A stretch of 64,000 bases of DNA from the human T2T-CHM13v2.0 reference genome, Homo sapiens (GCF_009914755.1 NC_060935.1), one strand, 5' to 3'; positions 13,868-28,434 are shown, counted from the first letter of the stretch. The notes: generated from the letters alone by a model not told the origin. Program-made: numbers and translations.

Positions 13868-13952
13868 AAAGCACCACCTCCAAATACCGTTAGCTGAGGG
13901 GTTAGGATTTCAACATACATTTTCAGGGATCATAAATATTCAGAACATAGCA
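13868..13952 (-). mobile_element. MST/MLT1A-type MaLR LTR 5' fragment
   Basis: CCACCTCCAAATACC...GGGGTTAGGATTTCAACATA...ATTCAGAACATAGCA. Confidence 0.7.
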
Positions 13953-14092
13953 CTGTGCAAATCAAAACTTTCAGTTACCTCCTTAGAACTAAAAATAAAT
14001 AAAAGAATATTTAAATATTTAAAACATGTAGTGTATAATATTTGGAAAACCTCCTTTTTTTTTCTCTGAAGTAGGTTAAGCAGGTGCTCCTA

Positions 14093-14212
14093 GGCCAGGT
14101 ATGATGACTTACACCTATAATCCCAACACTTTGGGAGACCAAAGCAGGAGAATCATTTGAGAGTTTGAGACCAATCTGAGCAACATAGTGAGACCCCATA
14201 TCTACCAAAGAA
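14093..14212 (+). mobile_element. Alu left monomer (FLAM-like)
   Basis: GGCCAGGTATGATGACTTACACCTATAATCCCAACACTTTGGGAG...GCAACATAGTGAGACCCC. Confidence 0.85.
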
Positions 14213-14774
14213 ATTAATTTTTTTTTTTTAAAGTGGGGGACAAGATGGCAGCCTAGAGCAGCTCACATGAGCTGCTCTCACAGGGAGGAAACAAAAAGAC
14301 TAGTGAACACTGAACCAATCATATGAGAAACCACGTCAGGATCTATCAAGGCAGCAGAAGTCACAAAGAGCAAAGAGGAGCAAAGCTGGACATTGGCCTC
14401 TCTGGACTCATTTGGAAGTCAGAGAGACTCTTCAACATGGGAAGGGGTGAGTGAATGAGACCCCCGGGGGCATTCACAGTCTCCACAGGGACCTGTGCAA
14501 GACTGGGAATGGGAGAATTCCCTTGGCTCTCCTGCACTCTCTGACCGTACTTCTAGCCTGAGGCAGAGAGCTACCTGGACATATTGCAGGAACAACTTTT
14601 GAATCCAAGAGGACCAGTGCCGGAGCAGACCAGCACTGGTGCCATTGACCCAATAGAGGCCACACTTGTGGTGCCTGGCAGCAATGATTGCTCCATCTCC
14701 ACTTGCCAGTCGGAGCTGGTGGCTTCCAGCCCAATAGTCCAGCTTTGAACTGCACTCACTGGCCACTCTATCCA

Positions 14775-15750
14775 TACCCACCACTAGTAGCCAGGGAGGC
14801 AATGCTTGCTACAACTTCCGGCGCAGGGGTCCCACTCTTATGTGAATTCAGCAGAAGGACACAGCCTCCTGTTGTCCTGGGAAACACCAAGATGGCAGGA
14901 TGGGTGACTCTACTCCCCTTCACCACTAGAAGACAGGCAGGCAACACAAGATAGAGCTTCCAGCCTAGCAGTCTGGCTTTTGTATGAACTCAGCTGAAGG
15001 GTGCAGCTTCCTGTTATACCAGGAAAGACAATGGCAAGGTGCGTGACCCCACCTTCCCCTACAGCTGGTAGCCAGGTAGGCAATGCTTGCTGGAACATGC
15101 AGCCCAGTGGTGTTGCTTCTGTATGAACTCACCTGCAGACTACAGCTTCCTGTTGCCCCAGGAAACACCCAGACAGATCTGGTAACCCCACCTGCCACCA
15201 CCACTGGTAGCCAGGTGGATAATGCTTGCTAGAAATTCTGGCCCAGTGGTCCCACTTCTATGTGGGAAGAGTCCCACTTCAGCTGGAGGGTGCATCCTCT
15301 TGTCTTGGTAAAGACCTGGATGGCAGGGTGCATGACCCCACCCACCACTGGCACTGATAGCTAGGTGGGCAATGCCTGCTAGAACTTCTGGCTCAGTAGT
15401 TCCACTTCTGTGGGAACTCAGCTGGTAGGTACAGCCTCCTGTTGTCCCAGGAAGCATGCAGACTTCAGAGTGGGTGGCCCCACCCACCCCCACCACTGGT
15501 AGCCAGGTGAGCTGTACCTGTTAGAGCTTCCAGCCTGGCAGTCCTGCTTTTGCCTGAATTTGCCAAGGGGTGCAGCCTCCTGTTGCCCTGGAAACACCCA
15601 AACAGCAGAATAGGCAACTCCACCCAACCCTGCCTCTTGTAGTTAGATGGACTATACCTGCTAGAACTTTCAGTCCAGTGGTCTTGCTTCTGCCTGAACT
15701 CTGTGGGCAGGCACAACCCTGTGTTTCCCCAGGAAGCACACAGACAACAG
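14775..15750 (+). repeat. ~142 bp tandem array (~7 copies) inside the L1 5'UTR
   Basis: Recurring CCACCACTGGTAGCCAGG...GCTAGA...GAACTCAGCTG...GCAGCCTCCTGTTG...GGAAACAC near 14778, 14921, 15060, 15200, 15349, 15490, 15633. Confidence 0.85.
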
Positions 15751-18684
15751 ACCCAGCAAGGATATGGCTTAGTACTGACCCAGCAAGGATATGGCTTGTC
15801 TGCCAAATGCAGTTCCTCCTGCCTGAGGGAGCCCAGTGGACCAGAACATCCAAAAAGAGCAATGCAGGCATGAAGACACTAATTGGTGGGGGTTCTCCAA
15901 GACCCAGGAGTGGACTAGAATTGAAGCCAGTTGACCAAACCCACCTTATAACATAATCAAACCCCCAAGGGCATCAAAGAAGATAAAATAAAAAATTTAA
16001 AAAAACTCATCCAAAGGACATTAGCTTCAAATAATGAATAAATCTTATCCCACACAGATGAGAAAGAACCAGTGAAAGAACTCTAACAATTCAAAAAAAG
16101 CCAGCATGTCTTCTTACCTCCAAATGACCACACTAGTTCCCCAGCAATGGTTCTTAATAAGACTGAAATGGCTGAATTAACAAATAGAATTCAGAATATG
16201 GATAGGAATAAAGATCATCAAGATTCAGGAAATAGTTGAAACTCAATCCAAGAAGTCTAAGAAATACAATAAAATGACACAGGAGATGAATGTTGAAATG
16301 GCAATTTTAAGAAAGAATCAAACTTAGCTGATAGAACTGAAAAATTCACTTCAAGAATTTTTAAAATACAATCATAAGTATTAACAGAAGAAGCAACCAA
16401 GCTGAGGAAAGAATCTCAGAGCTCAAAGACCTGCTCTCTGAAATAACTTAGTCAAATGGAGATAAAGAAAAAATCAATAAAAACTACTAAACAAAACCTT
16501 TGAGAAATACAGGAGTATGTAAAGAGACCAAATCTATGACTCATTGGTGTCCCTGAAAGCAAGCAATGTGGAAAATATATTTCAGGATATTGTCCATGAA
16601 AATTCCCCCAACAATGCTAGAGAGGACAACATTCAAATTCAGAAAATGCAGAGAACCCCTGTGAAATACTACATTAGAAGACCATTCTCAAGACACACAG
16701 TCATCAGATTCTTCAAGGTAGAAATTTAAAAAATAAAAACATTAAAGGTAGCTAGAGAGAAGGAGCAGGTCACCCACAAAGGAAACCCCATTAGGCTAAC
16801 AGTGGTCCTTTTAGCAGAAACCACACAAGCTGGAAGAGAATGGGGGCCTATATTCAGCACTCTTAAATAAAAGAATTTTCAACCAAGAACTTCATTTCCA
16901 GCCAAACTAAGCTTCATAAGCAAAGGAAAAATAGGATCCTTCTCAAACAAGATAATGGTAAGGGAATTTTTTTTTTTAACCATCAGACCTGCCTTACAAG
17001 AGGTCCTAAAAGAAGCACTAAACATGGAAAGGAAAGGATGCTACTGGCCACTACAAAAACACACTTAAATACATAGACCAGTGACACCATAAAGCAACTA
17101 CATAAACAAATTTACATAGTAACCAGCTAACTACATGATAACATGAAGAAATCTGCATACATCAATACTAACCTTGAAGGTAAACGGGCTAAATGTCCCA
17201 ATTAAAAGCCACAGAGTGGCAAGATGGATAAAGAAGCAAGACCCACCGATGTGCTGTCTTCAAGAGACCCATCTCAAATACAATGACACCCATAGGCTCA
17301 AAGTAAAGGGATGAAGAAAAATCTACCAAGCAAATGGAAAACATTAAAAAGCAGAGGTTGTTAGTCTAATTTCAGATGAAACAGACTTTAAACCAACAAA
17401 GATTTAAAAAAAAGACAAAGAAATGTATTACATAATGGTAAAGGGTTCAATTCAACAAGAAGACCTAACTATCCTAAATATATGTGCACTGAACACAGGA
17501 GAACCTATATTCATAAAGCAAGTACTTAGAGACCTACAAAGAGACTTAGATAATCACACAAAAATAGCAGGAGACTTCAATACCCCACTGTCAGTACTAG
17601 ACAGATCATCAAGGCAGGAAGCTGGCAAAGATATTCAGTACCTGAACTTGACACTTGACCAGAAGGACCTAATGATATTTATGGAACACTCCACCCAAAG
17701 ATAACAGAATATGCATTCTTCTCATGTGCAAAAGACACGTACTGTTAAACTGACCACACAATTGGACATAAAACAATCCTCAGCAAATTTAAAAAGAAAC
17801 AAACAAACAAACAAAAACAAATGACATCATACCAAATACACTCTTAGACCACAATGCAATAAAAATTGAAATCAATACTAAGAAACTCACTCAAAACCAT
17901 ATAATTACATGGAAATTAAACAAACTGCTCCTGAATGACTTTTGGGTAAATAATTTAATTCAGGCAGAAATCAAGACATTCTTTGAAACTAATGAGAACA
18001 AAGATAAAACATACCAGAATCACTTGGACACAGCTAAGGCAGTGTTAAGAGGGAAGTTTACAGCATGAAAAGCCAACATCAAAATACTAGAAAGCTCTTA
18101 ACAAGCTACCATCACAACTACAGGACGTAAAGAAACAAGAGCAAACCAATTCCAGTTAGCCAAAGACAAGAAATAACCCAAATCAGAGCTAAAATGAAAG
18201 CAATTGATATGCAAAAAAACCATGCAAAAATCACCGAATTCAGGAGTTGTTTTTTTTTAAATAATTAATAAGATAGACCATTAGCTAGAATAATAAAGAA
18301 AAAAGGAGAGAAGAGCCAAATAAACACCTTAAGAAATGACAAAGAGGACATTACCACTGATCCCACAGAAATACAAAAACTCTCATAGACTACTGTGAAC
18401 ACCTTTATGCACACAGGCTAGAAAACCTAGAATACATTAATAAATTCCTGGAACATACAACCTTCTAATTGAACCAGGAAGAAATTGAATTCCTGAACAG
18501 ACAAATGATGACTTCAGAAATTGAATCAGTAGTAAGAAGCTTACCAACCAGTAAAAGCCCAGGACCAGACCGATTCACAGCTGAATTCTGCCAGTTGTAT
18601 AAAAAAAGCTAAAACTGAGGAGAGACTCCTCCTAACCCATTCTATGAGGCCAGCATCATCCTGATACCAAAACCTGGCAGAGAC

Positions 18685-18720
18685 ACAACAACAACAACAA
18701 CAACAACAAAAACAACAAAA
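18685..18720 (+). repeat. (CAA)n microsatellite within L1 ORF2
   Basis: ACAACAACAACAACAACAACAACAAAAACAACAAAA. Confidence 0.9.
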
Positions 18721-19317
18721 TTTCAGGCCAATATCCCTGATGAACACTGATGCAAAAATCCTCAACAAAATACTAGCAAACCCAAACCAGTACCACAACC
18801 ATGTAGGCTAGGCTTTATTCCTGGGATGCAAGTTTGGTTCAACATATGAAAATCAATAAATGTGATTCACTGCATAAACAGAACTAGAAACAAAAGCCAA
18901 CAACACACACTGGGGTCTACTTGATGGTGGAGGTTGTGAGGATGGTGAGGATTGAAAAACTTCCTATCAGGTGCTATGCTTATTACTTGGATGATGAAAC
19001 AATCTATAGGCCAAACCCCTGAGATATGCAATTTACTCATATAACAAACCTGTACATGTAACCCTGGACCTAAAATAATAAAAAAAAATCTTTAAAAAGA
19101 AAAATTAAATAATGAAGCCCCTGATTTCTTCCCTTCTTTTTCCCCTTTCTATGATATTATCAGACCCCAATGTGGTCTTTTCATTCATCCACTTCTATTC
19201 TACCCAGTTCTAGATTGCTACTACCCAGTAGACCAGTAGAGCAGGCTGAGCCTTGCCCAAGCCCTTCTTTTCTCCTCCTTTTTGATGCAATATCTATCAT
19301 TCACTTGCTTAATAGAT

Positions 19318-19466
19318 TTTCCTTTCTTTCCTTCTTTCTCTTTCTTTCTTTCTCTCTTTCTTTCTCTTTCTCTTTCTTTCTTTTTCTTTCTTTCTCTCTC
19401 TCTTTCTCTCTTTCTTTCTTTTTCTCTCTTTCTTTCTTTCTCGCTCTCTTTCTTTTTCTTCTTCTT

Positions 19467-19505
<39 letters not shown>
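19318..19505 (+). repeat. Polypyrimidine (CTTT/CT)n tract plus T38; expanded tail of the adjacent antisense Alu
   Basis: Nearly pure C/T for ~190 nt; T run at 19468-19505. Confidence 0.95.
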
Positions 19506-19762
<257 letters not shown>

Positions 19763-20217
19763 TAAGTTCTCAAAACATTGTCAGAATCTGAATCCTGTTT
19801 GGCACACTTAGCATAACTGAGCTTCTTCTTGTTCTTTCTTTGGAAACAAAATCCCACTTGTCCAAAAAGGAATGGCACAAAAATGAACCTGAACTTTGGA
19901 GTTAGATATCTGGATTGAAATCCTGGCTTACTGTGGACTAGGAACCCACTCTCTCTCAGCTGGTGCTCTGGGAACCAGCACTGGACAAAGGAGCTGGGTG
20001 CCTGGGCTCTTGGCTCTTTCTGTTTAAACCAAAAGGAATTGAAATCACGTCATGAATTAAGGTGGGCACTGAATCAAAGGAGGAGAATAACATGAGAAAT
20101 TTATAAGAGATAGGCAAACAAGTCCAACGTGAAGATTCACAGCAGGCATCTGCAAGCCAGACAGGACAAAGCAGTGCAGAGAGTAAGTAGGAAGGGGTAC
20201 CAAGAGATGCGACGTGA

Positions 20218-20539
<322 letters not shown>

Positions 20540-22209
20540 AGAGATACCTTTTTCAAAGGCTGCTGTGGCCTCCCTCAAGCTGGGAAGTGGGACCTTTCTG
20601 AAAACTATGTGTCTATTCTTGGACAGATAGCTCTAGCCTCTATCGGCCTTCATATCTGCAAAGTGGTTATGGTGCCTACCTCACAGACTCAAATGAAGTT
20701 AGCCGGCACATAGTCGGTGTTAAAATAAATAAAAGACACGCCCTCAAGCAATTCTGCATGGCTCTGCTTTGCTCATTTGAGAAGCTTCCTGCACATGCAG
20801 CAGGCTGAAGATAATCTCTCTGAGATGCTCAGAACCTCATAATGGCCTGAATCTGCCCACTGCCACCGCTGATATTTTTCAAGTAGTTGGGCACAGGTTC
20901 CCGCTCCAAATCTCTTCTGTCCTTTCAGGACTTTCCTTTTATATTTCTTTCTTAAACTTTTCACCCTCATTAAATTAAGCTCTGGTTTTTGGCAAAACCT
21001 TGTTCCTGTGGGAATTCTTTAAAAGTCCCATGTTGAGTTAAAATAAAATATTTTTTCTGCAAGTACTATGGTAGCAGACCTTGTCTGTGTTGAAAGACCT
21101 GGAGTCCACTTAGCCTTACGTAGCCCATGGACGTTTCAGTTTGATATCTCAAATTATCCTTTCACTGAAAGCACCGGGGAGGCTGAATTGTAACTAGTAG
21201 GTTCTTTTAGATTTGCTTTACTTCTTGGATAGAAACAGCTCATTATAAATCCATTCCTTATTGTGCATTTGAAGACAAGAGGAGGAGATCATTCTTCCCA
21301 AACCAAAGCCTCGCCTTTCCTTTCAGTCACTCGAGCTTTCTGATGTCCTGTCCTGTATCTCCACCAGTGCCTGCCCGAGCTGAGAAAAGAGCTGTCTTGA
21401 GGATAACAATGCCACGTGCTTTCAAACAAGCCTGTCCTCATATCTGCCACTTTGGCCTTTCTTCTTTTTTGCCTAATAACTGTGATTTGACCATTATATT
21501 GGCTAAGATTAGCTTTTGTTATTTAGTGTATTTTCACAACACTCACACATCTTGTGGCAAGGGGACATGACCAATGCGTTGTTACTGTAACAATGCTTTA
21601 CTGGGTCATAAAGCCAGCGAGAAATTATACGACTGCTAAGAATTGTGAGGAAATTTGAAACTAGCTATCTTCGTTGTGCATTGGAACGATGTTGGCTGAG
21701 AGGCTGAACGTCTATGTGCTGTGACTCCTCTTCCCACCAGCTCCTTTGTTCCCTGCTGGTATCTGCTCAAACCTAAATTACCTGTAGTCCATTCTGAGAC
21801 TCCAGAGTATTTTTCGGGAGCCATGAATATTACATGCAGATTGAAAACGCAGAGTTTATTCATTTAAATATTTATTTATTTATTCATGTACTCTCAAAAG
21901 TTTCTCAAGCACTAGTATTTGCCTGATCCAGTGTTAAGGATATAACAAAGAATACCTCTCAGTTTACTAAAGAAATGAAACTGAATTTTAGTATAATGTG
22001 TGACAATAAAAATTTCTGTGGAAAACACTGAATACAGCACAATAGTCTGGAAAAAAACTGTGGGCAGAGATAAGAAACATTTTAACAGAGACAGTGATTT
22101 CTGAGTTGTGTTTCGGGAATGAATAGGACTTTGGGACATGGTCTGTAGGTGATTTGTGGTTGAGATGCCTGATAGCTAGAACCAGGTACCTAGCCTTGGA
22201 CGTGATACA

Positions 22210-22345
22210 GCAAAGATTCTCAATCTTGAATGTGCATCCAAATAAATCATTTGAGGATCTTGTTAAAATGTAGATTCTGATTCTGTGGGTCTGGGATAGG
22301 GCTTGAAAGTCTGTCTTTCAATAAATTGCTGATTAAAGAACCACA
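22210..22345. mobile_element. MER5A fragment
   Basis: GATTCTCAATCTTGAATGTGCAT...GATCTTGTTAAAATGTAGATTCTGATTCTGTGGGTCTGGG. Confidence 0.7.
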
Positions 22346-22407
22346 ATTTTATATGTCTCAAGGTTTTTTTATATAACTAAAAATGTTGGTATTAATTTCA
22401 AACACAC

Positions 22408-22562
22408 AGCTGGACATGGTGGTGTGTGCCTATAGTCTTCAGCTACTTGGGAGGCTGAGCCTTGAGTCCAAGAATTTGAGGCTGCAGTGAGCTATGATTG
22501 TGCCACTGTGTTCCACCCTGGGCAACAGAGCAAGACTCTGTCTCTTTTTAAAAAATAACAAA
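22408..22562 (+). mobile_element. Alu monomer (FLAM_A/FRAM-like)
   Basis: GCTGGACATGGTGGTGTGTGCCTATAGTC...TTTGAGGCTGCAGTGAGCTATGATTGTGCCACTG...GCAACAGAGCAAGACTCTGTCTC. Confidence 0.85.
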
Positions 22563-22584
22563 ATAAAATCCAGCCTGACAGTTA

Positions 22585-23160
22585 AAAGCAAATTCAAACT
22601 TACATAAAAGTTGCAAGAAATAGTACGTTTGCCCAAACTCAAATACACCAGTGGTTTATATTTTGCACTATTTGATTTATTATTTTTTCTCTACATATTT
22701 ATATATAATTTTTTTCTGAACTGTTTGGAAGTAAGTTGGTGACATTTGCCCCTCTAGCTTTAAATTCTAGAGTACATGTTTCCTAAGAGCGAGGATAGTC
22801 TTTTACATTTATCACAATCAGGAAATTTAACATCAATATTAAGTAACAACTATTTAATCCACAGGCCATAGTCTCATATCAAATGTTCTAATAATGTCCT
22901 TTATAGCAATTTGTCCTCCTTGATCTAGAATCCAAACCAAGGTCATGCATTGCATTTGGTTGTTGTCTCTCTTGAGTCTCTTATATTTTAGACCGATTGC
23001 TCAGCTGTTATTGTCTTTCTTGACCTTGACAATTTTGAATAGTACAGGGCAGTTATTTTGTAGAATGTCCCTGAGTTTGAGATTGTCTGATATTTTCTCT
23101 TAAATTAATTTTAATAGGTATTATTGGCAGGGATATCACAGAGGTAAGGTTGTGTCACAG
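22585..23160 (-). mobile_element. Old L1 (L1MC/ME) 3' end
   Basis: AAATTCAAACTTACATAAAAGTTGCAAGAA...GCATTGCATTTGGTTGTTGTCTC...GTTATTTTGTAGAATGTCCC. Confidence 0.75.
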
Positions 23161-23698
23161 ACCAGTAAGAATCTGGTCAATGCAGGGCTGGACACCAGGA
23201 ATGACTGCCAGTGTCTCAATCAAAAATTGCTCCCCTGCCAGAAGCTTTGCATTACCTACCGCATGGCTTGGCCCACCCTGCCTGGGGAAGACAAACTGGA
23301 TCTTAGATTCACTTTGAAACTTGAAATAATAGATCTTAATTAAGTTCCAGGCTTGCCTTTGCATCTCGCCATTAAGTTATGGCTGTTTTTCCTTGCTCAG
23401 ATAGCCCACTTCTGGCTTCTTTTTATGTGGCCTGCAGTTCTAAGTGGTCAGGCTCTGTCTCCATCTCTAGCGTCCTCTCTTAAAAATCTTGCTCTGGCCA
23501 TGTTATTAGGATGTTATTAGGATGGAACTATGGAAGACTGGATGCTAGACGAGCCTGGCGACTTCAGGTTCTCCCAATGATTGTGCTCCTCTTCTCTCTA
23601 ATTCTTCATTTCTGCTGTTTTTTTCTGTCTAGAATTCCCTTTTCAATTCACCTCACCCCTGCCAACTTCTTTATAAAGCTCTTTCATTCCCCAAATCA

Positions 23699-24275
<577 letters not shown>

Positions 24276-27249
24276 CCGGTCACTGATTTACAGACTGTCT
24301 GTATTAGGATAGAAATTGCAGAAACACTGACTTGGTGCTGAATCAGGGAGCTCGTATTCCTCTTGCCTAGGGACAGAATCAGTCTTAGAGGCTGGGGTAG
24401 GGCTAAACCTGCAGATGGTGGCAAAATGGCCCTAGCTTCACTGGCCAGGAATATTCGGGGCCCGGGAAAAAAACTAACCCTTATGAAACTATTAAAGCCT
24501 TGGCAGCAAGGGGGATTGGAGCTGGACAGGGCACATTCCAGGACAAGAGTGCTTGTGTGGCTCCTAACCTCAGGAACAGTATTTGGGACCAGAGGTTTGG
24601 GGAGTAACAGAAGCAATACTTTAACAAGATTTTTAATGAAAATCACCAATGACTGTGTCAATCTGTTGTCAGAGTAAACTTCCTGTGGTGCCTAAAAAGA
24701 AGTGCTCAGGAAAACAATTCTGATCAAAGCCTGAATTCCTTTGTCGCAGGCATTTTCTCTGCAACACACCCAAAGGCATTTTGTAAAATAGCAGCAGTTT
24801 CTGAAAGAAGGATGTGTTAATAGGATACGGTTTGGGTGTCATCAGCTCGTTCCCAGAATGGGTTTCACGTCAAGACAGACATCAAAATGGAGAATAGAGA
24901 TGAATTCACTCACATGCTGGCACTTGATGGAGAAAAGGAGAAAATCAAATGTTTTAGTGGCCTGGATACTACAACTCTTGACGTGAACATTTTTAGCTCC
25001 ACTTAGCTCTCTCAAACTGACGGGGTTATAAAATCATTCTGCAAGACTGACACCATTGTTGGGTACAGTTCTATTCTGCCTTGAAGTTTGAAAGTGTAAC
25101 AATTAGCAAATATTTACTGAGCGTCTACTATATGCCAACACTCTGCTAGGCATGAAAGGGATTGGAAATTTATGTAAAGTCAGTTCCTCAGTGCACATTA
25201 GTAACAAAAGTAGCTTCTGCTTGGAATATCTACCTTAGGCTATTTCAAATCATCATCTCATTTGGCCCAGGGTTGATAATTCTTATCCCCTTTTAATAAC
25301 AGAAATCTGAGGCACAAAAAAAAAAATTGTCCAAGGTCATTCGACAAATGACTGAGCTGTTATTCTCAGCTGTTATTCTGCTTTTTTACTATACTATGCT
25401 ACCTGGGAAGAGAATATATTGCACATATTAAAAACAGATTCAAAAGAATGTATGATAAATGTCAAATAAAAATGAATGTTCTTTTTTTCAATTTGGAGTC
25501 GGTCCATTTAAGAGATGGAGAAACTGAGGCTGGCACATATTCTCAGTAACTCTAGAGAATTTGTTATTGAGGGAGGAGGCCTCAAGTGCTTGATGCCCAG
25601 CGTAGCTTTCTTCCCATTAACCCTTGGCATTGTGATGTTTGCTTTGCAGGATGAACTCTCTACTTTCTGGACATCTGTGTCCTGCACAGATGGTGTCTGG
25701 AGTGTTAGTGTGACTCCCCTCAGCTACAGTTTGGAGTAGGCCAGTGTCATCACTCATTCTAGGTGGCCCACCTCCTGCCAGGGTTCCTCAAGGTGCTGGA
25801 AGCAAAGCAGCTGAACATTGCCAGAGAAAGCCTGTCTGCCTCACTGTGAAGTGGATGGAAATCCCAACAGGATGGGGAACAGACTGCTGGGAGATTGATG
25901 TGTGCTATCCGCCCTTGCACAGAGAGGAATGGCCACCCTGCTATCGCTGCCTCCTTCCTGCTCCCTGATGAGTGTAGTTGGCTGTTTGGGGTGGCATTGA
26001 AGGAGTGTGTCTGGGTTGATTCAATGAGGGACATGGCGCTGAGATGGAACATTTCTGTCCAGAAGGGATGAGAGAGGCATGCCAAGGAGTTATGGTGGAG
26101 ACATAGTGCTGTCCAATGAATTTATCACTGAGCATCTTGTTCCCATTCCCTAGAAAAAGAAAAAGAAAGAAAAAAAATAAAAAAGCTAAATACCAGGCAA
26201 AGAGAGTTAATCTGTGTCCACAGCATTTTGAAATAATAAAATCAGAGCAGGCTCACTGGATACCATCCATTTCCATTTCACGCTCTCAGAATCTGAAGAC
26301 AGACCGATGAGTTTGGCTGGCAGAGTTCTTTCTTTCTTTCTTTGGCTAGCTCCCTGACTTAGTTCTTCCTGCTGGAATGGTGGGAAGAAGTCTTAAAGGC
26401 TGGAAGTTGGATTTAGGAAAACAGCACACCAGGGGTTCACATCCTTCCTCTAGCATTGAGCAAATCCATTCGGGAAATCTCAGCATCGCTCTTCTCTGTT
26501 CTGTCTGTATTATATACTTCCAGATGGGCTGGAAGGGCACCATCTCCAAGGGCACTGCCACAGAGAGCTTCTTGTTCTGATTATTCCACTGAGTCATGAC
26601 AAACAGACTGTCAGGGGGAGTGTGACCTGTGTGCGAGTGGCTCAAGCTCTCCTCAGGCACAGCTTGCCCTGGTGCCCAGACCTGCCTGAAATCCCTGAGC
26701 CTACTGCTCTGAGGTGCACTCAAGTTCCCTGATCTTCTGGGATGGAGGGATAAGGCAGGTCAGGGATAACCTGGTTGCCTTATAAGATCCGGACAACTTT
26801 GGTTCCACAGCCCAAGGAGAAAACGAATAAGAATAAGAAAAAAAATGACATCCAAATCCTCTTTAATCAAAGCATTTGAAAGGACCTGACATGCAGTCAT
26901 TGTGCTCCAAATTTATTACTACAACAGAACCTGGGAAATACTAATGAAATAGCTATCTGCTAGAACACAATGCGCTATTTATGGAAATGCAGCTCTGCAG
27001 TGCAAGGAGAATACAATGGGGCCTGACGTGGGGAAAGGACTCTCATACTTTAGGGTTTTCCATTGCCCCATCATCATCATCATCAGGCCCAGAGCAACAG
27101 CAATAACAACGTCTTTAACAACAGACTCTCTTTTCAGGCCCTTCAAGGGACACCACGCCTTGACGTAGGCTTTGCTATCAGTAGCTCCAGTCTCTGGCCT
27201 CTGAAGCCATGTGTGCACTTAGGAAGGGATAGGGGAGGAAGTCCTTATA

Positions 27250-27460
27250 ATTACCATTAGTTGAGGACTTACCATGAAGCAAGATTTACTAATTTTATTT
27301 TAGTCAATGCTCATAGTATTTCCATAGTCCTAATTTTGCAGATGACGCAATTCAATATCTTAGGTATTGAGTAATTTTTACCCAAAGCCACATAACTTGC
27401 AGCTGGACAGGAATTTGATTCTGGCCAGTCTAACTTCAAAGCTTATGCACTTATCTTTCC
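27250..27460 (-). mobile_element. MIR SINE
   Basis: CCTAATTTTGCAGATGA...CCCAAAGCCACATAACT...GGCCAGTCTAACTTCAAAGC. Confidence 0.6.
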
Positions 27461-27649
27461 CCCACAGACTGTGCAATGACTTCAGTTCATGATTTTTGGA
27501 CCCCTTTCAATAAGTGAATGAAAGATTTCTTATGAATAGCGTCCTGTCTCCTACCTCTTGTGCCGTGGGCTGACAAAGGAAATCCTTTGCTTCAAATCTC
27601 CTTACATGCTGGGGTTCTTTCTATGTGAAGTACAGAGTTAATCAGTTAA

Positions 27650-28235
27650 TTAATTAAACAATTAAACAAATACTATTGAGTACCTACTATTTGCCATGCA
27701 CTGTGCTAGATGCAAAAGAAACATGTGAAAAAGGCACATTAAGTCCTATTCTGGAAAGGAAATAACAAAGTTAAAAACGCACTATTAAAGAAGAATCAAA
27801 ATAATTACAGTGTGTGAGTAGTGCTACTTAAAAAACACTGAAAGAAAACAGGGTACCGGGATAGATAATAATGAGAGCAGGGAAAAAAATATTTTCATTG
27901 AATGCTCAGGAAGCTGAATTCAGGTCTGTAGGATGAGACACTTTCAAGCAGTTGCAAAACATGGGAGAATAAATGCTAGGCAGAAGAAATATCCATGGCA
28001 AAGTCCCCAAGGTGGGAGAGAGCTTGCCATGTTTATGCTAGGAAAGGAGGGCCAAGAAGCTGGGGCAGGGTGAACCAGAGGGAGAGTTACACAGACTAGA
28101 CACAGCAGGGTAGCTCAGGCATGTCTCGTTGACCATGCTGTGGAGTTTGGAGCTGGTTGTTCTAAGTGCAATAGGAAGCAATGTAAGGATTTACAGAAGG
28201 AAAGTAATACATGCTGATTACATTTTGACAATTAC
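27650..28235 (-). mobile_element. L2 LINE 3' fragment
   Basis: AACAAATACTATTGAGTACCTACTATTTGCCATGCACTGTGCTAGATGC...GCAAAGTCCCCAAGGTGGGAGAGAGCTTG. Confidence 0.75.
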
Positions 28236-28402
28236 ATTTTAATAGGAAAACATGTCTGTGCTCCAAAATTTAAAAAATGAGTTTTTATGGTGTTTCCTTA
28301 TCTCTGGCCTTCAGCCACCCATCTCCCCCACCAGGTTGGTGTATATCCTTTTGTATATACTCTATATACGTATTCTATATATATTGCATATGTTTATATA
28401 TA

Positions 28403-28434
<32 letters not shown>

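Larger units (their letters stand above)
14233..19090 (+). mobile_element. L1PA16-like LINE-1 with 5'UTR, ORF1, N-terminal ORF2 and 3' end; ~2 kb internal deletion; inactive
   Basis: 5' start GGGGGACAAGATGGC; ORF1 remnant 16544-16729 (ENIFQDIVHENSPN...IQIQKMQRTP); endonuclease remnant 17423-17704 (YIMVKGSIQQEDLTILNI...GDFNTPLS); 3'UTR and A-tail at 18900-19090. Confidence 0.92.

Noticed and set aside
14419-15956. Cluster of 60-128 aa ORFs with repeated motifs
   Set aside because: They derive from the GC-richer tandem array in the L1 5'UTR.
16060-18900. L1 ORF1/ORF2 as functional CDS or a novel reverse-transcriptase system
   Set aside because: Both are broken by many stops and frameshifts, and the RT core is deleted. 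This is a standard dead LINE-1.
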